64,000 bases of DNA from Callorhinchus milii (taxonomy: Eukaryota). The position numbers and the translations under genes were made by a program. Positions 13,668 through 26,045 of this stretch are shown here, in pieces. Every line of letters begins with the position of its first letter. Within the stretch, counting starts at the first letter, position 1. The DNA lies in assembly GCF_018977255.1 (NCBI RefSeq), contig NW_024704742.1, positions 101,620,001 to 101,684,000 on the forward strand, given 5' to 3'. A model generated the notes under the pieces. The model worked only from the letters and a program-made list of their open reading frames with translations. It did not search any database and was not told where the DNA came from.

Positions 13668-14783
13668 CTGCTACAAGGTCAGAAGAAATATGCTTGGCAC
13701 AAAAATCATATCATACTACCTGCACTACCTCAATATCCTAGGCTTTGAAGTTGTTTATTTCCTTTAGAGATACTATTGCACTGTACTGAATTGTACTGTA
13801 CTGTAAGAATTTGAACCAAAACAAATAGGGCAGCTATAAAGTTATTTCAGTGCCATGTGCTATTCTACTATTTGTACTTCAAAATATTCCAAAGTTTCAC
13901 AGTACAACATATAGAAAACAAATCTGTATCTAATCTTGAATATTTAAAATGACATTAAGATTTTAGGGAAAAAATAATATAGTTCTCAAAGGGTGGTAAC
14001 CCTTCAAAACTGTACAACATAATGTCTTTTTATTTTTGAACTGCAAGAAAAGTTGACAAACATCTCCAAAATCTTTCGGAGCAAAAAGCCACCCCAATCA
14101 TATGAGAGGAATGTCCCATTACAATTGTGGCAACTTCAACTAAGTTTATTATGGGATTGTTTTATTATAAGTGAATATTGACGTGGCAATCAACAGGATT
14201 GCTTTTTTGACCATCACTATCTGACAACAGATCACCTGAAATTCTAGCAAATTCCAGCAATATGAAACATTTTCTGAAAGCAGTATATCTGACCAATAGA
14301 TGGAAAAATCAATGAATACCAATCTTGTCGTTTTACATTACCAAATATATTCTTCAATGCCAAACTTCGAGAATTTGCTCCGAATATATACATGTATCAT
14401 ATGTATGGAGATTTAGTACTTGCAGTATTCCAAAGAATTTTCTGCTCATTTTGCCACTCATAAAATAAAATGTAATAACTGCACAACATAAATTGTCTTT
14501 CCTTTGAGCCAATACACTGCACTATGGTTAGAAAGTTGCAAAGTTCATACAAGTGCATTTTTAATGGATCAAATTCAAAAACCACAACTTTACTGCCCTG
14601 GCAGATACAGTTCACTCACATCAGAGTGAGCACAGCACACTTAGAACATATTTTCTGAATAAACTTTAAGGGACTTGATGATTTAGGTTTTGGAGGGATT
14701 TTCCCAGCATCAATTAAAAATTACAGCAACCTTTTTTTTGAAACTGTTGCAACATTTGCTATCTTTAACTTAAACAAATTCGT

Positions 14784-15111
14784 GGAGTCCTGTAGCTCAG
14801 TGGTTAGAGCACTCACTTTGCAAGTGAGAGACCTGAGTTCAATTCCAGGCAGAGGGCGAAACCTTGGGCAAGTTTCCTTACTCCACACAGAGCCTAATAA
14901 TAATCCCTCCAAAAAAAAAACAATAATTAAATCGGTCATTTTCAATCTACGACTGTTTGTGGGACATTGCTGTGCGCAATTGGCTGCCGCGTTCGCCCAC
15001 AAATATACAGTCAATTCACTTTACAGTGTGTTCTGTGAAGCGCTTTGGGACGTCCTCCCGACGTGAAAAGCGCTATATCAAATGCAAGGATTATTATTAT
15101 TATTATTATTA
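14784..15111 (+). mobile_element. Full-length young tRNA-derived SINE (short subfamily; holocephalan CmiSINE-like by recollection)
   Basis: A box TAGCTCAGTGG, B box GAGTTCAATTC, Deu-like core, L2-type tail and (ATT)n. Nearly identical to 60172-60491. Confidence 0.92.
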
Positions 15112-16035
15112 TATTTCCAAAGAATTCATATAGAGTGGTATGGGGAAATTTGGTCATGAGCATTACACAAAATTGTGCTACGTTCAATGTTTATATTAGA
15201 ACCAAAGAACCTATTATTTTTCAGACAGGTTTCTGACAAATGTTGAACCACATGTCCATGCTAAAGAGTATCCAAACCATACAAAGTTGCACATATGCAC
15301 CTACTCATAAAATATCCATTTCTGCAGTGGAATGTGTACAACAAATTACATTTGTACAGCAGCTTTCACATTGGGGGATGTCCTTTGGGAGTGCTCTCTC
15401 CCTGGAAAGATGCACTCTGGTTAACTAAGTCCAGAGAGTATTTGGCACATGCTGGCAAGAGCCAAAGCTTAGATACCCCAGAATGTGGGTTAGGGTACTG
15501 CTGAAGCTGAGCCAGTTAAAATCGCTCAGTTTGCTATTGAGAGCACTGTCTGGCAAGCTGAGTGGGAAAACTCCCTGCTCCCAGTGACTGGCTGCCTTCC
15601 GGGTTCTACGGATGAGCCAGACTAGCTGATTTTTTAAAAAAAAAAATTCCAAACATTAAATTTATTTATATAAAAAAAGAACATTTATTATTTCTAGAAT
15701 TTTTAAAACTAAGTGCAGTCACAAGACAGCTAGTGCTCATTGTTGCTTGCGAATTCACTCAAGTTGTCATTTTTAGGCAGTTCTATTCAACAAGATGAGC
15801 ATATATGATTTGGTTTTGTGCCTTAATTTGACAATGAAGATCACTGCCCATTGAAGTTTTTACTCTCTATATGAATTTGTGACACCCACCAAAGATTATT
15901 CAAAAAATAATTGTATAGAACAACGTCCTCAGTCATTTGTACTGTATCCTTCTAAAGTAGCCAATATTCTGGAAGTATACTATGAAATTGGTAAGACGTT
16001 TAATATACAACTTTGTAAAAAAAAGGCCACCTTAC

Positions 16036-16125
16036 CTTGCCGACATTATTAGTTGTGGATTCATCTGCAGTGTTCTTTAGATCCACATATGCTCCTGCAA
16101 GGACAACATCACTTGTTTCTTTTAC
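16036..16125 (-). CDS. HSD17B4: HSD17B4 exon 21, VKETSDVVLAGAYVDLKNTADESTTNNVGK
   Basis: 90 nt, AAG acceptor, GTAAGG donor. Confidence 0.94.
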
Positions 16126-17882
16126 CTTTTGGAGAGGCAAAGGAGAATACTATTTAAAACGTAACATTGTTAACTATCCAAACAGTGTACATTATTCAGA
16201 GTGCACAGATCTGCAGTTGTACACACAGTAAAGAAAATGTACTTTTAATGCCTCATAATTGATGACAAATTAGCATTTTGTCCAAAAGGAACCAGGTTAG
16301 TCATTCCTCCTTTTGGGTTATACACTTTGAAATAATGGAACAGTTGATCTAACATTAAAACACTATCCATATAGGATATACAAGTGCCCATTTAGAGCAA
16401 AAATATTTCAGATTTCAAAACTTCTTCAACTACATTTTTCAGGAAGCAATGAATAAAGGAACGGTGACCTGCCAGGCCTGCCATGAATATTCCAAACTAC
16501 TTATCAGATAACTCAAGGAATAAAGTATAGTTGGCTTCACAAGTGCATTATGATTCTTACTTCAAATCTGGTCATGACGTATTCTTTTTATACATTATAG
16601 AATTATTTATTTTTTAAATGAAGGATGAATGTGGCCAGTCAGTCCTTGGATTTTGTCAGCTGTATTTCTACTCTCTCTTAGACGTGTCTGGCCAGGTACC
16701 ACATGTGGTGTTTTATTTAAAAGGCCAAGTGCAATCGAGGGACCCAGATTTGTCGTTGAACATGTTTAAATTTCTAGCTCCAGATGACCAACTTGGAGCG
16801 AACACAGTAAGATTAGAGGTTTACTGGTAACTATTCCCTACAGTTCATAATCTAGAACAGTTTCCCCTGCACTGCAATAGCAAAGAACTATCATAAAATG
16901 TTGACCTATGTAGCCACAATTTTAGTAGCAGCTTCTGGAAGTTAAACATGTACTCTTGGTTTCTATTGAGATCAAATAAAAGAAAATTACAAAAATATCC
17001 AAAACACAGAAATTGCTTTGTACATTTTACAAACAAACTGTTCTTTGTAAAGGAGCTGTGACTGTTAATATAAACTGCTTAAATCATTATCCATCATTTA
17101 GATTTGAACTGTGTAAATTTCTTTTGTGATATGCAGCACCAAACAGTGCATATGTGCTTATCTGGTGTATGATTATTTTGCAGCTGCTTGACCCCTTTTC
17201 TGTTCATTTGCAAATGTAGTTTTCTCCCTAACATATGATTAAGCTGGAAAACCTGCCTTTACAACTATTATTTAAGTAGATGCTTTTGAATACCTTAAGA
17301 ATTTTTTTCACAGGAAAGGATTTGTATCTTTGAAATATAACTTACAGAGCTTTTCTGATTGGGTGCTCACTCATGGTATAGATATACCATAGAAGGTAAA
17401 TTTGCATATAAATTAAAATAAAAGCGATGGGTGCTACAGTTGAAACATTGCAGTTCCTTCAGAAAATAGTACAGCATATTTATATGAGGGTAATCTTAGT
17501 TTGAGTTGAATACAGATGCTGTTTATCCTGTTGTTCATTATATATTAAATCTCTCCTATTTATTTAAAATAAAATAAGGAAACTGGAAAGCCTAATTTAA
17601 CAGTTTGAATATTACAGCCATTAAGATGTCAAGAAGTATAAGTAGAAAGTGATGCATTTTCTTCCAGAGTAAATGTTTTGTGAAGACTTTCATTATGTTG
17701 TCAACTGAGTTTAACTTGCGAATATTTGTATTTGATAATTAAGTGCATACATGCGTGAACCTTCTTTACAATAAAACATATTAAGTATTGTAATGAAGTT
17801 ACTAACACAAAATTTAATCTTCTGGTGAAAAAATGGAATGTGGAAATATTTAGCCTTTCGCCAGAAGAGGAACGTTCCTGAC

Positions 17883-17969
17883 CTTCATTTGAATATGTAT
17901 GCGATTTCCTTCTTTCCACATTTCGGTTTGCAGCATCTGTCCTGGAATCACTGGCTTTGCAAAGCGAGC
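17883..17969 (-). CDS. HSD17B4: HSD17B4 exon 20, [29 protein letters not shown]
   Basis: 87 nt, AAG acceptor, GTCAGG donor. Confidence 0.96.
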
Positions 17970-18504
17970 CTTTATTAAAAGAAAATAGTTGATGTGAAAA
18001 CATTTGCCCTGCTCTATAGCTGCTAAAGTTATACCATCTACATCAGCTGTTTCAAAATCATGATCAAATAGTGTCAATCAACTTCAGCATTCATTGTCCA
18101 ATGACTGTTAGCTTCTATACATGTCTAACTACATAAGTAAAAAGGATTCAGAAGAAAAATGAAAATATGATGGGTATAGACTTACCAGTAAAACACTGAC
18201 GTGTGCATAAATATGTTCATTCTTTAATCTGCAGTATCTGAGATCTGTTATTTAACTTAACAGCTTATTCAGTTAAGTTGATTTGAATTGCAATTTTTCT
18301 AGTTAAGTGCAATTTTACAAAAAATATTCTGAATCTTCTTTTCCATTGGAATAGATAGCCTTAATATGTTTTCACAAACCCTGTATATCAGATTCTGAAC
18401 TACATATGTATTCTCCTTCACAATGGACCCTTGCAACTTTATGCAATGTACTTTTGTCGACGCAATATGAAGAGGAAATTCAATGTTGGAAATAAAGCAT
18501 TTTC

Positions 18505-18695
18505 CTATTTTTGTACCACATCCAGCGCGACCAGGTATGGGTCAGAGATTGAGTGAAGCTTCCATCTAATCAATCCTAACAATGTCACAGAACCACAAAC
18601 TCAGTAGAGCGCCTCCTTTGCACCAGTTTGACTAGCCACCCATGCCAGCTCTCAGAATGAAGCTGTCAATTAGTGCTGAATTATGGAAAGTGTTA
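18505..18695 (-). mobile_element. Ancient SINE relic with an LF-SINE-like 3' region
   Basis: Minus strand GCACTAATTGACA...GACATTGTTAGG...GGAAGCTTCACT...CCCATACCTGG resembles the recalled LF-SINE tail. By-eye similarity only. Confidence 0.35.
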
Positions 18696-19078
18696 AATAA
18701 TAATTTAATAATAAATAAATAATCCTTGCATTTGATATAACAACTTTCAAGTTGGGGGGAAAACAGCTCAAAGAGATTCACAGGATTTACTGTGTGGTGT
18801 AGTAGCTGTATTTGGTGCTCCGTAATACAAAACCATAATATGTATCAAAGCCACTAATTCATTTTCATGCAGGAGTCTTCTTGATACATCGAGCTATCAA
18901 TCTGGCTTGCATTGAAACCTAGAAAAGGTCTAGGTTCGAAACTAATCCACCTTTCTAACAAATGCTGCTACATTTTTAAAGATGTAATAATTAAAATTGC
19001 TTGAATGAGCCGAATGTAAAGACAATTCACTCCTCAGTGGATAAGTGAATTGAAAACCAAAGAAGAATAGTCTTGTAC

Positions 19079-19185
19079 CTTCATAGCCTGGAATTTCGTC
19101 ACATCATCATTTGCATACTGCTTCAAGACATGTCGAACAGCAAACCCAAAAGAACACAACCCATGCAGAATAGGCTGTTTGAAAC
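19079..19185 (-). CDS. HSD17B4: HSD17B4 exon 19, [36 protein letters not shown]
   Basis: 107 nt, AAG acceptor, GTACAA donor. Confidence 0.96.
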
Positions 19186-19424
19186 CTTTACAGGAATAAA
19201 AAGAAACAAGTTATTTGAGATTGTTTTAAGTTCTCAAACTTTGCAAACATTTCGGAAATATAACTTAATATGTTAAAAAAAGGAAGATGGGCAGTTTCAT
19301 TTCATTAGAATTCTGTGCAATGGTTTGTGTGGAAACATGAGATATTCAAAAAACAATCCCAACTATACATGCATGCATGCAATATTTTGGGAAAATCCAT
19401 TCCTATCAAATCTATCAATGAGTT

Positions 19425-20790
19425 AATAATAATAATCCTTGCATTTGGTACAGCTCCTTATCTCGTCATTGAGACGTTTCAAAGCGCTTCACAGAATATA
19501 TTGTAACTGTATTGACTGTGTATTTTGTGGGTGAAACGCTTGTTGAAATATACCAACTATCACCTCAGGGTGCCTTGGTATATTTCCAATAGCAACTGAA
19601 TGTTCCAGAAGGTTTGATAGTTAAATGGTTAACAGTAGCTTTGCTGGACGGGCTGAGGTTAGCTTCTGATTACATTTCGTACTTTCCTGGGAAGATGTTC
19701 ACTCGTCTGAGATATTGAGCAATTGGGTCCTTGAGCATAGATGTAAAAACAATGGACCACGGAAAGAAAAGGCTGCAGCCTCAGGCACTGCCTATCTCAA
19801 GGCTGAGAAACAAGCAGGCTGTGGAAGACTACCCAGACGTTTGTCAATATCTCTCTCTGTGTAAGGCAGCCTGCGAAGGTTTGGGGGGCTATCACTGTGA
19901 CAAGAGGAGGTGGAGTTAGAAACACATAAAAGAAAGATATAACTTTGGAATAGTTGGAGTTGTGTAGAGGGTCAGCAAAGTTACTAGTGGAATCGATATT
20001 GATCCTACTGTATCTATGTATATGTACAGGGGTGAGGGAATTTACCTTCAGTAAGAAAAGGACCATTGAAAGTGAAAGAGGCAGAGAAGTAATAACAGCA
20101 GTAGTGGTTGGTCTGGGGAAACCCAGACGTCAGGTTAGGCAGTGCAAGTTAGGTGCTGGGCTAACAGCTGGTTGTGTTTGTTGAGTTTACCAGAGCCACT
20201 CTCTGTGATTTGGTGTTACCATTGTCAATTGAATATTGTTGTGTATGACTGGTTGGGTCTGAGGTTTACTGGACCCCAGTCCCTGTTTAGTGTAGGTATT
20301 AGGAGAGTCGGTTGTCTCTGAGGGGTATTTCCAGGGGATGATCTCTCGAGTGTATACCAAGGTGTGATACCAGATCTACTGTTTAGTCTGGAGTACGAAA
20401 CAGTGCCTGGATAAGTGTTGTCCTCCCTGTATCGTCAGTACTACTGTTTGGTCTGGAGTACAGAATAGTGTCTGGATACGTGTTTGTTTCATACATCTGT
20501 TTCGTACTGTCATTGTGTGGTTGTACGTCATAGATAATTATAGATAGTGAGCTTTATTGTTTCTTTTATAAAAGAATTATTAACATCCTGCAGCCAATTG
20601 CGCTCAAGTTTCCCACAAACAGTCATGGATTGAGTGATCAATATTTTTTTGACTGATTATTACCTACAGAAAGCCAATCGACCAACAAATAGGTTTCCTA
20701 CTTACTGCAAGGTAATCAGAGGCATGTGGAGTAAGGAAACTTTCCTAACATGTCGCCCCGCCAAGGATTCGAATCCAGGTCCTCTCGCTT
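19425..20790 (-). mobile_element. tRNA-SINE (long subfamily) split by a 1045-bp insertion
   Basis: SINE tail at 19425-19540 and the remainder at 20586-20790 rejoin at the consensus GGGCGAAACGC|GGCAGCCAATTGCGC. Confidence 0.8.
19541..20585. mobile_element. Solo-LTR-like insertion
   Basis: Begins TGTTGA and ends TTAACA (TG...CA with a short terminal inverted repeat). Has an internal ~44-bp direct repeat. Boundaries are fixed by the host SINE; no clean TSD. Confidence 0.6.
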
Positions 20791-21566
20791 TTCACATAGG
20801 GAGGATATACCAAGGTGCCAGATAGTCAGGGATGTGGACCCGAGCAGGGGGTTTGGGATCAGAGAGGGTGGAGGCCAGGGAGAGTAGGAGGATAGCCGAA
20901 GGCGAAGTCGAAAAGGAGGGTCTTGAGACGTGCCTTGAAGGAGGCAATGAAGGGAGTGAGGCGAAGGGAAAGTGGGATGGAGTACCAAAGGCTGGGGGCA
21001 GAGGATGAAGGCCTGACCCCAGATGGTTGGGCGGGCCAGGCGGGCGCGTGGAGCAGGCTGCAGCCTGCTGAGTGGAGGGAGAGGACAGGTTGTTATGGGG
21101 TTAGCAGGTCACAGAGGTAGGAAGGAGCAAGGCTGTGGAGGGCCTTGAAGGCGAAAACAAGGATTTTGAACTCTATCCTCTGGGGAATGGGGAACCAGTG
21201 GAACCGGGCGAGGGTGGGAGTGATAGGGTCACGGAGTCTGATGGGGGAGAGGACATGAGCTATAGAGTTCTGGATGATCTGTAGCTTGTGGAGAGAAGAG
21301 TTGGAAAGGCCGACAAGCAAGGAGTTGGCGTAGTCGAGCATAGATGTTATGAATGCTTGCATGACGGTTTTGGCGGCCTGAGGGGTGAAGCAGTGGTGGA
21401 GCTGGGTGATATTGTGGATGTGGGGGAAGGCAGAGCAGATCATGACAAGGATGTGGGGTAGAAAGGACAGTTGAGGGTCAAACAAGCCAAGGTTCTGGAC
21501 TGGCTCAGTGAGAAGGAGTGTGCATCCATGGATGGTGATGCTGTCAGCGCCTGATGGGAGCCAATC
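20790..21566 (-). mobile_element. 5'-truncated L2-clade LINE
   Basis: ORF 21093-21575 reads FITSMLDYANSLL...FHWFPIPQRIEFKIL; L2 tail near 20800. Confidence 0.88.
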
Positions 21567-21764
21567 AAAACACAACNTTTTTTTTACCTTCAGCAGTGGA
21601 TCACACAGCTAGCAATTATTTTTAAAAAGCCACTGGAGCACTGTGGAATTATCTAACCAGGCTAGTCTATCAATCTTCAAGCTTATATGGCTGCAAAACT
21701 GGTATTTGGAGTCAGTTTCCAACCAATCAGAGAACACATTTTACAATGTGATTAACATATGCCA

Positions 21765-22190
21765 TCCTGGTTTAGTTGGTAGCACGTTCAGTTCTGATTT
21801 ATTGGTTGTGGGTTCAAATTGGGACTTGGAAATCATATAGTCTATGCTGTCAGCCCAATGCAGTGTTAGAGGTGTGCTGTATTGTCAAGGTGCTGTCCTT
21901 TAGTTGAGACATTAAACCAAAGTCCTATCTGCCTATCCAAGCGGATGCTAAAGAACCCATGGCACTTTTCTAAAAGAGAAGGGAGTTCTCATGTTGTCCT
22001 GGCCAACATTCCACCAAATAAAATTGGTCCTTTACTTCATGGCTGTTTGTAAGACATTGATGAATGCAAGTTGGTTGCTGCGTTCGCCCACAAAACACAA
22101 TCATTGCATTTTACATTATATCCTGTGAAACGCTTTGAGATGTCTTGATGATGCAATAAGGCGCTACTTCAAATGAATAGATTAATTATA
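21765..22190 (+). mobile_element. Old Deu-domain (SacSINE1-like) SINE
   Basis: Head GTTGGTAGCACGTTC..GTGGGTTCAAAT, core GAGACATTAAACCAAAGTCCTATCTGCC, and L2-type tail. Confidence 0.7.
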
Positions 22191-22827
22191 ACTTCAAAAT
22201 GGATAGTGTTACACCAGAAAGACTATAAGAAAACAAATACTATTTAAAAGGGTAAAAGTAACAGGAAAGTTAGAATAATTAATTGTGCTGCTTTTCCTTC
22301 ATTTTTTTTAAAAAAAGCCATGTAACTAGCTAAAAATCGACTCAAAGTTTTTCAACTAATGCCTCACAAAGATTTAAAGATTATGTAGTCATGTTCTGGA
22401 TGTATTTCATAAATAAGCTCTAATCTAACTCTTATGAAAGAGAATTTGCTATGTCCTGATCTATTCAGTGGGCAGATATGGCCAATTGGGTTAAATTCTT
22501 AGGTGGTACGTCTGTGTATTTTACTGAACGCAATGTACATCTATCACTTCCTGCCATACATTCATTCAACACAGGGACTACATTATTATCTCAAAATATG
22601 CTGGTCCAGCTCAAACGGTAACAAATTTGAGAACTTCTAAGCAGCAGCTGAAATGATTCACCTAGTCTGTAATTACACTGCAGCAGCATGGATTGACATT
22701 CTATCAAAACCAATAAATTGTTCAGGTGCAAATCATTTTCAGATTGTGTAGATCACACAACATTTACACTGTGGCGAGCATAAAATGAAAACATTGAAAA
22801 CAGTTTAATTTAGCAAATAAGGGTCAC

Positions 22828-22897
22828 CTCCTAGAGCAGCAAAGTTTGGGTCAATATGCAAAGGGTTCCAGTCTCCACTGAGTCGATACAGAGCAGC
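22828..22897 (-). CDS. HSD17B4: HSD17B4 exon 18, [23 protein letters not shown]
   Basis: 70 nt, CAG acceptor, GTGACC donor. Carries the hydratase-2 catalytic Asp/His motif. Confidence 0.97.
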
Positions 22898-24051
22898 CTG
22901 TAACAGAGAAAACTATAATCTCAGAGCCAATGTACAGCAGAGAAAATTGCATGGGTAAATTAGTTAACCTCCAGCAGAACTCCAACACACGTTTTGCGAT
23001 CTCCAAACTTTCTGGAATTAGTTAGGTAGAGTGCATCCCTCTGGGGAGAGATTTTGCACATTATTCCAGACAAGAGAACTTTCCATGCATAGATGGTATG
23101 CATACTTGGAACTCTCAGTTTGATTTGGATACTCTTAAGCACAGTGATAGTTTTATGCACGTGTGAAGATTTCCATTTGGCTATCAAAAACACTATAATC
23201 TATCAGAGCAGTGTACACGTTTTGCAAACCTCCAAAAGTGTGCACTCACTTGTTTATCATCATTCATTTTGAAAACAGGTATACAACTGATAACTAAATA
23301 TGTTAACCTCAGGTATTAATCTTGAGCTACAAACATTGAGCCAGCAAAATAAAGTAACTGACTAACACAAATTAGTGTTTTTGTTAAACTTGCAAAAAAA
23401 TTACCTTTATAGTAGATTTTTTAATTAGCTAGCGTAAGACAACTAAATTGGTTGCACTTTGCTTACTGACCCAATCTATTTCCAAACTGCAATCAGAGAG
23501 TTTGTCCCGGTGAAATAGATTACATTTTCATGTTATTTCTGATTGTCCCTTATTCATTGTTGCTGAAAGACTAGATTCTACCATAAACAATGTTAATATC
23601 TTGATTAAATACGATGCAAAATATTGCATGCTTTAGAATGATTTAAGCAAATTAAAGTAAAAAATAAAGCTTACTTCTCTTTAAAACAACAAATAGACAA
23701 AAAAGTACAATACCAGCCTTATCCACTTATGCCATAACTTAAATATTCCTTGATTTTAACAGACACCCCAATTTTCAGCACGACAATCTCCGACAATGAA
23801 TGTTTAAATGTTATTGGAAGTAAATAAAAGAACAAACCAAGTCCTGTCAGTCACTGGCAGCGAAGATGCACATTGAGAATGCACTCTGCGATTCTAGGGA
23901 GCTATACATATGCACAACAGGCCCCAAAGCTCAAGTGGAACATTTCAGCGATTTGTTCTGATCACTGATGTACAAGTGCACATCAGAGAGCCAGGCACAG
24001 CACAGGAAGGCAAGGATTAAAACAACCTGCCTGTCGATATAAACAGTAAAA

Positions 24052-24212
24052 ATACAGTATACTCAATGCTGTTGGGGAAGTGAAAACGTTCTCAATACAA
24101 GCATGCTGAAGTTTAATGTATTCCTATATGGGGAAGGGCCCTGGACTTCAAATCTGTCAGCGTACACAGGATGTCGATATAAACAGGTTTGAGATAAGTG
24201 GGTAGTACTGTA
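24052..24212. mobile_element. Possible Tc1/mariner (Tigger-like) MITE remnant
   Basis: TA-CAGTATACTC at the left end and GGGTAGTACTG-TA at the right end. TGTCGATATAAACAG is duplicated nearby. Confidence 0.35.
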
Positions 24213-25979
24213 GTCAACATTTACAAAGCAGATTGTACACATAAAAGTGACAATTTAAATCAGGATATGCACATAATTTTTTTTTCTGTCGTATCTAAGA
24301 TATACTCTAACTCATAAATTCTTGAGCCATCAATTGCAGCCCTCCAGACTGTAATCATTTAGGAATGAAGATAGCTAGCAAACTCTAGTTACCACTTGCT
24401 GTTAAAGTTTTCCTTCCCCATTTCCCCAGCGTTCAACCCTGCTGATGAATGTTCAGCACTTTAATATTTTCGCATAACATCAAACGTAAAATGTATTTGG
24501 AGTTGGAGGAAAAAATATAGCAGGGCATATCTGTGCCCCAAGAAAACCCTTTCAAATTACATGCAATCATTTATCAGATTAGCGGACTGTGAAATTGTCA
24601 CCAAGTCAGTGGAACGAATGCCATTTAATTATCTGTGAAGTTACAAATCAAATTCCAGCTACACAAAAAGGAAGGAAATGCCAAATAATCCATTTTAGTT
24701 AATACTGGAGGTTATCAGAAATTATTCACTTTGTCCCTGAATTATACAGAGTACCTTGGGGAAGGGATTCTAACATTTTACATGCAGTCTCCGAGTACTA
24801 TAGCAGAATTTGTGCATCCAAATAAAAACAAAGTTTAGTCAAAATTAAGCTGTAAAACAGATATTTGAAAATACAAATAATCATTGTCATTTGATACTTA
24901 TTATTGTGTTTGTTAGTTGAGTTAGCAGATCTCAGTTAGGCAACATAAGGGGTTCTTCAAATTGACCCCAGCCCCCTCAATTAAGGGGAAAGGCAATGTC
25001 CCAATTCTTAATCACTACTTAGGCAAAGAGAGCAACATCAAATTTGCTGTTGAAAGCTTGGCAACAGGCACTGTCAAGGCTCAACATCACTTCCTGCTTT
25101 GCTGTATATTGGAAGGCAGTTAATTACTCAAAAGTCAGATATTGTTAGCTTCCTGCACTAAAAAAACAGCTGACTTCTGTTTTTTGGGGTCACCAACATC
25201 ACTTCCTGCTTTGCGCATGCACAAAACAGGAAATAACGTTGGATGAAACCCAATGGCCTTTTTTTCTTTTAATGCAGTAACTACATGATTAGTTACTATA
25301 CCCGCCAGCACACGGGAAGTGAATCAGCCAGCTGAGTCCATGCCAGCAAGTTTCAAACACCGTGTTATAATGAAGCTCCACTGTATTCAAAAAAATGAGT
25401 GATCAAGAGAGGCAGAGAAGAGAACAAGCAAACAGTAGAATATAAAAATTGGTGGGCGAAAGAAAAAATACATATTTTGAAAGCTAAAGTATTTAGTGCT
25501 CAGAGGATTGAAATTCTAGCTAATTAAGATACAGTTAGACATATGAGAAACCAGAAAGAAACAAAAATAATTACTGTTGTGAATGCCAGACACCAAACAC
25601 TATGATTCAGCCTGTTATGCTTTGAGGTTTCTCCTACATTCTATAAAACATACTCCAGAACACACAGTGCAGTAGCATAGGATAAGCAACAAAATCAAAC
25701 CAATAATGCCAATTTATGTCAGATTTTGCATATTCTGGTAAATAAATATGGCTGTCAATTTATTAAACCATAATGATTTATAGAAGAAAAATATTAATCA
25801 GATTAAAAATCACCAATAAGTTATTACAAAGTACCATTGTGTCACTTTAAAAAAGCTTTTTTTGGAACAATTCTGACCGTATTCTTTAATTCCTCTTTCA
25901 CTTAACAATTAAGAAACAATGCTAATGACAGATATACAAGTGCATAGAGTTAACCAACTATATTAAAAGTGTTGAATAC

Positions 25980-26045
25980 CTGGTCAGCACTGGTGATATC
26001 ATTCATCACAGCATCTGGGGCCCTGCTGGGTGGATTCATGGTAAC
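25980..26045 (-). CDS. HSD17B4: HSD17B4 exon 17, VTMNPPSRAPDAVMNDITSADQ
   Basis: 66 nt, CAG acceptor, GTATTC donor. Confidence 0.95.

Noticed and set aside
14810..14830. Apparent compensatory changes in the SINE anticodon stem (CTCAC...GTGAG versus CTCGC...GCGAG)
   Set aside because: Both changes are CpG deamination products (CG to CA and CG to TG), so selection on structure is not needed to explain them.
21577..21577. Abrupt end of the L2 near an N base (another N at 30406)
   Set aside because: Single Ns next to poly-T runs are probably assembly ambiguities or gaps, so these junctions were not interpreted biologically.
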